Shown here piece by piece: positions 29,070-36,408 of a stretch of DNA of 64,000 nt. The stretch spans positions 7,233-71,232 of the forward strand of contig DVNO01000006.1 of assembly GCA_018714345.1 (NCBI GenBank), given 5' to 3'. The translations under genes were made by a program, and so were the position numbers. The stretch's first letter is position 1, and every line of letters begins with the position of its first letter. The notes under the pieces were generated by a model. That model was not told where the DNA came from and did not search any database. It saw only the letters and a program-made list of their open reading frames with translations. Source of the stretch: Candidatus Enterousia avicola (lineage in GTDB: Bacteria; Pseudomonadota; Alphaproteobacteria; Rs-D84).

Positions 29070-29900
29070 TTATGCCCCCTTAAAGAAAAATAATCTTTGA
29101 TAATTAACTTCAGATAAGTTTGGAACTTTAACACTTATCTCTAATCCCTTGTGTACAGGAATTAGAACCGTATCGCGCATTCCAGAGCTAAGTTTTTTTA
29201 TATACAAAGTTTTACCGTCTGGTGCCAACACACTAATATCACTTGAAGCACTAGGGACAAATATCAAAGACAAAACGCCGTATCGTTCTGGAATATAAGA
29301 ATATGTCGCCGCAGCAGTTCCCAAAAAATTCAAGTCTATGGAACTGCCAGTTAGCATTAACCAAGAAATTATATTTTCTTTACCGGTACTTGTAAAATTT
29401 GTCGCATTTTGTAACGCCGATATATCACTTTTTTTCCCTATGTTCTCTACCCCACCTAGTGAAGACAATTTTTTACTTATATCATTCAATTTTTCCAAGA
29501 AACTTTTATAGTTTTCTGATTCCAATATTTCCGAATATTTCTCGCTAAAATTATTAACTGCCACATCAAAATCTTTCAATGTTTCAAGTAAAAAAGAAAA
29601 GTCTTGATTTAAAGCCTGTGGATCAATCTTTTTTGTTGGCTGATAATCAACAACCCGTTCAAGAACAATCTTTCTTAAAAGTTCTATTTTATCCGAACTT
29701 TTCGGTGCTGTTGCAAAAGTAACTGTTCCACCAGAATACGGAATATCCGCGGGCACAGAACTTTTTACACAATTAACTTGATATCCAGAATCTATGATGG
29801 CTCCGTTTACTTTGACTTGTACATCAGCCACAGTAAAAAAGGGGAAAGAAAAGTTAAAACTTTTTGTTTTCCCGTCTCCTTGATATATTATCGCATTCAT
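29070..29900 (-). CDS. Phage tail-fibre-like protein (T7 gp17-type N-terminal adaptor domain)
   Basis: MNAIIYQGDGKTKSFNFSFPFF..VQVKVNG...VTFATAP...IELLRKIVLERVVDY......LNQDF follows the Y.GDG....F...F......V.V.V.G...V.F..AP...I.I.R......DF....L pattern of tail-fibre N-domains. A helical shaft and a ~100-aa C-terminal domain follow. Confidence 0.6.
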   Translation of the reverse strand: MNAIIYQGDGKTKSFNFSFPFFTVADVQVKVNGAIIDSGYQVNCVKSSVPADIPYSGGTVTFATAPKSSDKIELLRKIVLERVVDYQPTKKIDPQALNQDFSFLLETLKDFDVAVNNFSEKYSEILESENYKSFLEKLNDISKKLSSLGGVENIGKKSDISALQNATNFTSTGKENIISWLMLTGSSIDLNFLGTAAATYSYIPERYGVLSLIFVPSASSDISVLAPDGKTLYIKKLSSGMRDTVLIPVHKGLEISVKVPNLSEVNYQRLFFFKGA

Positions 29901-30011
29901 TTTTTTCCTTTTGATTATTTTATGCAGAGTTGTGAAAATAAAAAAGGGGCCCCAAAAAGGCTCCCAAACTTCCTGAGAAGTATATCATAATTCGGCAAAA
30001 AAATCAATCGA

Positions 30012-30953
30012 TTATTTTCTTCTAAGAATTTTTAGTAACGGCACAAAATCAAGTAAAAATACTTTATAACACACTAAATTGCTAAAATCATGTCGTTGCC
30101 TATATATGGTGACCAAAGGAATTGACCACAAAGTTAACCTGTACGATTTCTCGTATTTTGGTTTTTCATATTGAGCTTTACTTAATGGCACAAGACTTAT
30201 TCCAGTACGAACCGCATTATGATAAATTTGATCGACGAATTTCTCTGAAGTATATGGATATAAATATTGCATCCCCTGCAAATTCATCAAAGCTTGCTTC
30301 TTCAAAAATGGTAAACCTTCTTTTAACAATTCAAGAGGTTTGTCATATACCCTATGAATCAAATCGCCATTTTCACCACTTATAAACGTAGCCATTTTGT
30401 AACCACGCCTCAGTATCATTTGAGACAACCCAACTTCATACTTTAACACAATTAATTGCTTATCTGTCTGCGGACGAATGTTTTTCATAAAATTACTTAT
30501 GAAAGAAGCATTCGCTACCTTTCGACTTAACCCAACAAACCATGACTGAACTTGAACAGGTGTGAATTTATTTTTAAAATCGATCATTCCAACTAAATCG
30601 GCGCCGCTCGATTCCAAATTTTCTAATATTTTTTTTATATCAAACAACGGTCCATAAACACTATCATTTACCAAATAAACCCAATCATATTTACTAAGTA
30701 TTTTATTCTTTTGCGCCCATTGGAAACCCCGCTTATAGGAACCAAAGTCATACTCTCCATGTCGCTCAGCTAACTTATATAGAACATTTGGAATGTCATT
30801 TAGCTTGTTCAACTCTGCATTTGGGGCGATATTATCCATAACAAAAACTATATCACCATATCCAGATAAACAGCGTAAATAATGCAAAACAGTATCGTCT
30901 ATAACTCCCTGTTTGTCATATGATGCAAATAAAAACAATCTTCTTACGCCCAT
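30012..30953 (-). CDS. Rhamnan-synthesis-F (RgpF)-like polysaccharide biosynthesis protein
   Basis: LFLFASYDKQGVIDDTVLHYLRCL...VFVMDN...YDFGSYKRG...VYLVNDSVYGP matches the RgpF-family pattern. 10-nt overlap with the upstream GT4 gene. Confidence 0.7.
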   Translation of the reverse strand: MGVRRLFLFASYDKQGVIDDTVLHYLRCLSGYGDIVFVMDNIAPNAELNKLNDIPNVLYKLAERHGEYDFGSYKRGFQWAQKNKILSKYDWVYLVNDSVYGPLFDIKKILENLESSGADLVGMIDFKNKFTPVQVQSWFVGLSRKVANASFISNFMKNIRPQTDKQLIVLKYEVGLSQMILRRGYKMATFISGENGDLIHRVYDKPLELLKEGLPFLKKQALMNLQGMQYLYPYTSEKFVDQIYHNAVRTGISLVPLSKAQYEKPKYEKSYRLTLWSIPLVTIYRQRHDFSNLVCYKVFLLDFVPLLKILRRK

Positions 30954-32101
30954 ATCAAATCCATTATTTGTTTGGTTATCAACTTTGGCGAAAACCGTGT
31001 TAAAGATTTGCTAGCTTTTTCTATCATGACAGTTGTATCTGTACGTTTAGAATATACATCTGTCATTATAGCTGCTAGTTGTTCTGCATTACCAGTCCTG
31101 AATAAAATTCCTGCTTCTCCATCAAGCAGTATTTCTTTGGGACCATATTGACAGTCTGACGAGACGCACAGTGTGTTTAACGCCATTGCTTCTATCAACA
31201 CAGTTGGCAACCCCTCTAGCTTTGATGACAAAATAACGCACATCGCATTCTTCATGTAACCAAATGGGTTGTTTTGTACACCCGCGAACACAACTGCCTT
31301 GTCACAACCCAACGAATCAGCCAGTTTTTTTAGTTTTTTTTCTTGTGGGCCACCACCAACTATCATAAGTTTAACATCTGGTTTTTTATTTCGCAAATAA
31401 AACTTATTGAACGCGACAATCAATGTGCCCAAGTCTTTTTGATGGTTTTCTAATCTTGATACACTGCAAAAGTATTTACCATATGGTTTTGGAGCCCCTT
31501 TTGCAGCATTTTCAATTAGTTCTTTATCTATCGGATTATATATTCGTAATACTTTTCTTTCTAAGCTTGGGAAAGTTTTCTTAAATTCTATGACAAAATC
31601 ATCCGTCAATCCGACAATCTTATCATAAAGTGCCAAGCGATTGCATATGCCACTATCAACTAAGTATTTGACACTGCCATGCACCCACGTAATTTTTTTA
31701 GCGTCGCAAAATCTCAATTCCTTAAAAAAAGAACAATTTTTATAATCTATAAAAACATCTATCCCACTAAAATATCGTTTTACTTTTAAAAGACTGAATT
31801 TCTTATACAGACCAAAAATTAATTTTCTTAATTGGCGAAGCGGGAAAAACTCGGTATACTCTTTCAGTCTCTCAAACCAGTTCTGCAGCGGATAACAAAC
31901 ATACACTTTTATTTCTTTATGCTTTTTAAACCAATCCACATATACGGGCTCTGTTATCTTTGCGTGTGTTATAACGCTTATTTTTGTGTCTTTATAAACT
32001 GGGTCATCGCTTATACTTTTCAGCATTCCGTCTAATGTTCTTATAAAGACGGACTCTACCCCCCCGATGACCATATTAGGCATTCCAAAGACTACATTCA
32101 T
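30944..32101 (-). CDS. Glycosyltransferase family 4 (GT-B)
   Basis: EGLPTVLIEAMA (E-x7-E motif). Typical length and two-Rossmann layout. Confidence 0.85.
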   Translation of the reverse strand: MNVVFGMPNMVIGGVESVFIRTLDGMLKSISDDPVYKDTKISVITHAKITEPVYVDWFKKHKEIKVYVCYPLQNWFERLKEYTEFFPLRQLRKLIFGLYKKFSLLKVKRYFSGIDVFIDYKNCSFFKELRFCDAKKITWVHGSVKYLVDSGICNRLALYDKIVGLTDDFVIEFKKTFPSLERKVLRIYNPIDKELIENAAKGAPKPYGKYFCSVSRLENHQKDLGTLIVAFNKFYLRNKKPDVKLMIVGGGPQEKKLKKLADSLGCDKAVVFAGVQNNPFGYMKNAMCVILSSKLEGLPTVLIEAMALNTLCVSSDCQYGPKEILLDGEAGILFRTGNAEQLAAIMTDVYSKRTDTTVMIEKASKSLTRFSPKLITKQIMDLIWA

Positions 32102-32126
32102 GACACCAACCTATTCTTAAGTTCTT

Positions 32127-32843
32127 TTAACATTCCAACGGTGAATAGTTTGCACAAAAAAATCCCTTGATTCCACTAATATTTTTATTATACTCCTTGG
32201 AAACAAATTTGTTAACTTTTTGTTCACCGTTAAAAAGTTCATTCCCCGCATGTTTTTTATCTAAAAATCGTTTTATTGTCATATATGAAACACCAAGCTT
32301 TTTCGCGATTTTCATCTTTGAATAACCCTTTTCTGACATTTTGCAAACTATGTCATGCTTACCGTCTAATTTGTGACGTTTGTTCTTGGAACCAAATGCG
32401 CGACCTAACTTAAGCCCCTGAGATTTCCTTAATGCAAGTGCTTCTTTGGTACGCTGACTAATTAAATCTCTCTCTATTTCTGCAGATAAACCAAACGCAA
32501 ATGCCATAACCTTACTTTGTATATTGTCACCCAGTTCATACCCGTCTTTTACGGTATACACCTTGGCCCCAACATTCATACAATGTTCTAGTATTCTCAT
32601 TATCATAAAAAGCTTTCGACCAAGTCTTGATAGCTCTGAACAGATTATTATATCACCAGCATTTAAACGTCTAAGGCACCCACCCAACGCTCGTTTATCC
32701 GGCTCTTTTGTACCGGACACACCAGCATCTTCTATGTATTTATCTATAACAAGTCCTAATATTTTAGCCTTAGCCTTTATACCGTACTTCTGGTTTTCAC
32801 AATCTTGATGATCTGTACTAACCCGAATATAACCGTATACCAT
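32127..32843 (-). CDS. Small serine recombinase (resolvase/invertase family)
   Basis: YGYIRVSTDHQ catalytic-Ser motif at the N-terminus. C-terminal HTH GYSKMKIAKKLGVSYMTIKRFL. SD aggagg. Lies 25 nt upstream of the GT4 gene on the same strand. Confidence 0.85.
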   Translation of the reverse strand: MVYGYIRVSTDHQDCENQKYGIKAKAKILGLVIDKYIEDAGVSGTKEPDKRALGGCLRRLNAGDIIICSELSRLGRKLFMIMRILEHCMNVGAKVYTVKDGYELGDNIQSKVMAFAFGLSAEIERDLISQRTKEALALRKSQGLKLGRAFGSKNKRHKLDGKHDIVCKMSEKGYSKMKIAKKLGVSYMTIKRFLDKKHAGNELFNGEQKVNKFVSKEYNKNISGIKGFFCANYSPLEC

Positions 32844-32976
32844 AACTTCCTCCTATTCATAGTGGTGAACGATATAGGAATTATGGAAAAAAATATTATC
32901 CTTTATAAAATATAAACCCCGACTTAGCACAATAATATCTGGTACTTATCGGGGACAGATGACATGAAAAGTATTA

Positions 32977-32995
32977 AACGTTAAAAATTAACGTT
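32977..32995 (-). terminator. Weak AT-rich hairpin at the end of the DUF378 gene
   Basis: aacgttaa-aaa-ttaacgtt (8-bp stem) overlaps the stop codon at 32988-32990. Only a short T-run follows on the minus strand. Confidence 0.3.
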
Positions 32996-33203
32996 CTTCT
33001 TTGTGTTCTGGTCGATCAATAATCAGCCATATCAACCATACCAATGCAGCAATACCTATTATGCTGTATACGATACTACTTGCAATCGTGGCAGGCCCAA
33101 AGATAAACGCAACTAAGTCAAAACCAAAAATACCTATCAGCCCCCAGTTTAAGGCGCCAAGTATTGTCAATGGTATTAACACGAAAGTTGTCAATCCTCT
33201 CAT
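32988..33203 (-). CDS. DUF378-family small membrane protein
   Basis: The ATG at 33203 gives MRGLTTFVLIPLTILGALNWGLIGIFGFDLVAFIFG.... The GALNWGLIG motif is characteristic of DUF378. Confidence 0.7.
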   Translation of the reverse strand: MRGLTTFVLIPLTILGALNWGLIGIFGFDLVAFIFGPATIASSIVYSIIGIAALVWLIWLIIDRPEHKEER

Positions 33204-33366
33204 CTTTTTTCTCCTTTTAAATTTTGTTTTGTCCATGAAAAGACATCCGCATTATAACCATTTTTATGGTCACTTTCAATCTCAATACTTAATTTAGGAA
33301 AACGTTCTTATCCGCAGAAATTCAATAAAAATCACAAATAAACTGGTTCAAAATGCCGCAATTGTA

Positions 33367-34044
33367 TTAAGACAGCATTACACGATTTATTACATAATTT
33401 GCCAGCAATAATCCAAAAGTTCCTGTAACTGTTATTACAGACCCGAATTCGCCAGTTGAACCAAAGTTTTTATTCGGCAATTCAGTCGAATAAACTACAT
33501 CAAAATCTATCAAGTTTTCCTGGCGGGCCAATTTACGTATTTTTGACGCAAGCGGACACACCTTCGTCTTTGAAAGCTTATCTAACTTTATTTGCTGTGG
33601 GTCCTGCTTCCTTGCCGCCCCCATACTAGCGACGAAAGGAATATTCCTTTCGATGCACCATTTATATAAAGCAATTTTTGATGGCACGCTATCTATTGCA
33701 TCTATTACAAAATCAGGGGCCTCATTTAAATTTGTTTCTGCATCAAAGAATAAATTTATAGGATTCACACGAATTTCTGGATTTATATCAACTATACGTG
33801 CTGCGGCGACATCAACTTTATTCTTGCCAATTGTAGAGCCAAGCGCATACAACTGGCGATTTATATTTGTTTCCTCAACCTTGTCGAAGTCCACCAGAAT
33901 CAAATTCCCTACCCCCGTACGCGCCAAGGCTTCTATGGCAAAAGATCCAACCGCACCACATCCTACTACCATAACAGAAGCTCTTTTTAACTTCGCTATT
34001 CCGTCATTTCCAAATAATATTCTTGTTCTATGCAGCCTGTCCAT
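33367..34044 (-). CDS. tcdA: tRNA threonylcarbamoyladenosine dehydratase (ThiF/E1-like, TcdA/CsdL type)
   Basis: VMVVGCGAVGSFAIEALARTGVGNLILVDFDKVEETNINRQ dinucleotide-binding motif. Length is typical of TcdA. Confidence 0.75.
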   Translation of the reverse strand: MDRLHRTRILFGNDGIAKLKRASVMVVGCGAVGSFAIEALARTGVGNLILVDFDKVEETNINRQLYALGSTIGKNKVDVAAARIVDINPEIRVNPINLFFDAETNLNEAPDFVIDAIDSVPSKIALYKWCIERNIPFVASMGAARKQDPQQIKLDKLSKTKVCPLASKIRKLARQENLIDFDVVYSTELPNKNFGSTGEFGSVITVTGTFGLLLANYVINRVMLS

Positions 34045-34759
34045 CTTTTAAAAACCTTTGTGAATTATCATAAATAGCGTCTGCAACCTGTGCTACAGAC
34101 AAACCTAAAACCTCTGATATCTTTTTTACAACTTCCAATATGACATCGGGATTGGCGTCATCACTTTCAACCAGCACTCTGTCTAATGGCATTTCTTTTA
34201 TCACATTCAGTCTTGATTTCCAGTTATTTATAACAGGTGAAAAAGAAAAAAACACGTTATATTCACGCAGTAGCGACCGAGAAATCTCAACAGAACCTGC
34301 AAAACCATGCAACACCATAAGATGTGGGACTTTTTCTCGAAGCCCCTTCAATATATGCAATAGTCTATCCCATGCACCAACACAATGAATATGTACACTT
34401 CTGTTAAACTCTGCGGCTAAAATTAGCTGTTTTATAAAAATATCTTCTTGCGTTTTCATGTCAGGATGAAGTTTATCAAGCCCTATTTCACCGACCATAA
34501 TCCTTGAATCAGACTTTAATAATTCATGCATACGTAGAATGTCGCCATATGACGTTTTATCTACACACCACGGATGTATACCTATACAAGGGTATATATT
34601 GCTATACGATTTTCCGAGTTCTATAACCTTGTTCCAATCCGCAGAAGAAGTTGAATTACATACAAAGCCGCATATTCCCAAACCCTTAGCCCGTTGAATT
34701 ACATCGGTCAAATTACTAAATTTCTGCAAATGGCAATGAGCATCTATATATCTCTGCAT
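34028..34759 (-). CDS. TatD-family metal-dependent hydrolase
   Basis: The ATG at 34759 gives MQRYIDAHCHL (HxH motif). The track's TTG start at 34798 is less likely. Confidence 0.85.
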   Translation of the reverse strand: MQRYIDAHCHLQKFSNLTDVIQRAKGLGICGFVCNSTSSADWNKVIELGKSYSNIYPCIGIHPWCVDKTSYGDILRMHELLKSDSRIMVGEIGLDKLHPDMKTQEDIFIKQLILAAEFNRSVHIHCVGAWDRLLHILKGLREKVPHLMVLHGFAGSVEISRSLLREYNVFFSFSPVINNWKSRLNVIKEMPLDRVLVESDDANPDVILEVVKKISEVLGLSVAQVADAIYDNSQRFLKDGQAA

Positions 34760-34859
34760 GCCTTTAGCATAGTCTGTTTTTGTTTTTTTGCCAAGCAAAT
34801 ATTATATTGAAAAAAAGCGTATAATGGTGTACCTAGTTAATCGTAGCAAAGGATGGAAA

Positions 34860-36128
34860 ATGAAAATTGCTGTGATTGGTTCTGGTTATGTTGGTCTGCC
34901 AACTGCTTGCGGTTTGGCAAGTTTTGGTAATGATGTAGTATGCATAGATAACAACGAAGAAAAACTAAAAATTCTAAATTCTGGTACTATGCCTTTGTAT
35001 GAAGAGGGCTTACAAGAACTATACGAAGAAGTAAAAGATAAATTAAAATTCTCTGGTCAGACTTCAGATATAAATGATGCAGACTTAATAATTTTAGCCG
35101 TAGGTACCCCTATGGCTGATGATGGTTCGGCAAATTTGCAATATATTTTTCAAGCAGCAAAAGATATAACCCCACATTTAAAAAATGATGCAATCGTTGC
35201 GACTAAATCGACTGTTCCAATTGGTACAAACGATGAAATAGAACGTATAATAAATAGATCGGATATTCACGTTGTATCTATGCCCGAATTTTTACGAGAA
35301 GGATATGCATTGCATGATTTCTTTAATCCAGATAGAATCATAATAGGAACAGACAACGAGAATGTTTATAACAGAATTCGGGACATTTACATTTCTCACA
35401 TACCCGCAGAAAGAATAATCCAGACCAACCGCCATTCTGCAGAGCTTATAAAATATGCATCAAATGCTTTTTTAGCAACAAAAATTCAATTTATAAACGA
35501 AATATCGGATTTATGTGAACAAATAGATGCCGATGTATCTGACGTTTCCATCGGAATGGGTATGGACAGCAGAATAGGACGGAAATTTTTAAACGCGGGC
35601 ATTGGTTATGGTGGCAGCTGCTTCCCAAAGGACACTAACGCTTTGGAATACATGGCAAGACAACATGGTGTGAAACTTGGGCTTGTTTCAAGCACTATAC
35701 GTGGAAATCATGACCGTAGATTTAATATAGCTAGTCGCATAAACGACCAGATAAAAAATCTTGACGCATCTGCAAAAGTTGCCGTACTTGGCCTGGCTTT
35801 CAAAAACGGGACAGACGATATAAGATATAGTCCAGCCATAGATATAATAAGCAACATAAACTATAAGCCTATTTACGCATATGATCCAAAGGCAATGCAA
35901 AACGCAAAAAAAGTACTGTCATCAAATGTGACGTATACGAAAAGCATACAAGAATGCGTTAAGGGGGCTGATATAATCGTAATTCTTACTGAATGGCCCG
36001 AATTCAAAGAATTAGAAAACGCAGAATTTGAAAAACCTACATTAATTCTGGACTATCGAAACCTGCTTGATTCTGGCAAAATGACCATTAAGAAGAATGT
36101 GACTTATAAAAGGATCGGTCAAAAATAA
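34860..36128 (+). CDS. ugd: UDP-glucose 6-dehydrogenase
   Basis: The ATG at 34860 after SD aaaggatgg gives MKIAVIGSGYVGL (Rossmann). GGSCFPKD contains the catalytic Cys. Confidence 0.9.
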   Translation: MKIAVIGSGYVGLPTACGLASFGNDVVCIDNNEEKLKILNSGTMPLYEEGLQELYEEVKDKLKFSGQTSDINDADLIILAVGTPMADDGSANLQYIFQAAKDITPHLKNDAIVATKSTVPIGTNDEIERIINRSDIHVVSMPEFLREGYALHDFFNPDRIIIGTDNENVYNRIRDIYISHIPAERIIQTNRHSAELIKYASNAFLATKIQFINEISDLCEQIDADVSDVSIGMGMDSRIGRKFLNAGIGYGGSCFPKDTNALEYMARQHGVKLGLVSSTIRGNHDRRFNIASRINDQIKNLDASAKVAVLGLAFKNGTDDIRYSPAIDIISNINYKPIYAYDPKAMQNAKKVLSSNVTYTKSIQECVKGADIIVILTEWPEFKELENAEFEKPTLILDYRNLLDSGKMTIKKNVTYKRIGQK

Positions 36129-36250
36129 TTTTTTTCATATAAAAAAATGAAAAAGATGTATTTTTTCTTGATTTTTTATTTTTTATATGTCAGAATTGAG
36201 CCCGAACTTTGGAAAAAGAATCATAAGATTCTTTATTCCAGTTCCGTTTT

Positions 36251-36326
36251 GGGGACATAGCTCAGTTGGTAGAGCAAATGACTTTTAATCATTGGGTCCA
36301 GGGTTCGAGTCCCTGTGTCCCCACCA
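36251..36326 (+). tRNA. tRNA-Lys (anticodon TTT)
   Basis: Acceptor GGGGACA/TGTCCCC, anticodon loop CTTTTAA, T arm CAGGG-TTCGAGT-CCCTG, encoded CCA. Confidence 0.9.
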
Positions 36327-36330
36327 AGAT

Positions 36331-36355
36331 AAAACCGCAGGCAACTGCGGCTTTT
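36331..36355 (+). terminator. Intrinsic terminator after tRNA-Lys
   Basis: ccgcag-gcaa-ctgcgg hairpin followed by cTTTT. Confidence 0.65.
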
Positions 36356-36408
36356 CATTTATACATAACTAATAAGTCATAAGAATATATTTTGGTCTAT
36401 TATGGCTA

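Noticed and set aside
29901-30011. ggggcccc palindrome (29946-29953) and surrounding sequence as a recombinase site or terminator
   Set aside because: An 8-nt self-complementary GC block without a loop cannot form a useful hairpin. No matching partner site was found near the recombinase gene.
31325-31341. T7 and T8 runs inside the GT4 gene, and an A8 run at 58400-58407 inside a GT2 gene, as slipped-strand phase-variation tracts
   Set aside because: Runs of 7-8 A/T arise readily from Lys (AAA) codons in an AT-rich genome and are below the lengths usually associated with phase variation. Population sequencing would be needed to claim otherwise.
34788-34859. N-terminal extensions of track ORFs (34788 for ugd, 39582 for ackA, 45138 for the UPF0104 gene, 50189 for frr, 50199 for tag, 1976, 6853, 33236, 34798)
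   Set aside because: Internal ATGs preceded by good SD sequences give N-termini matching family consensus. Several extensions overlap tRNAs or neighbouring genes.
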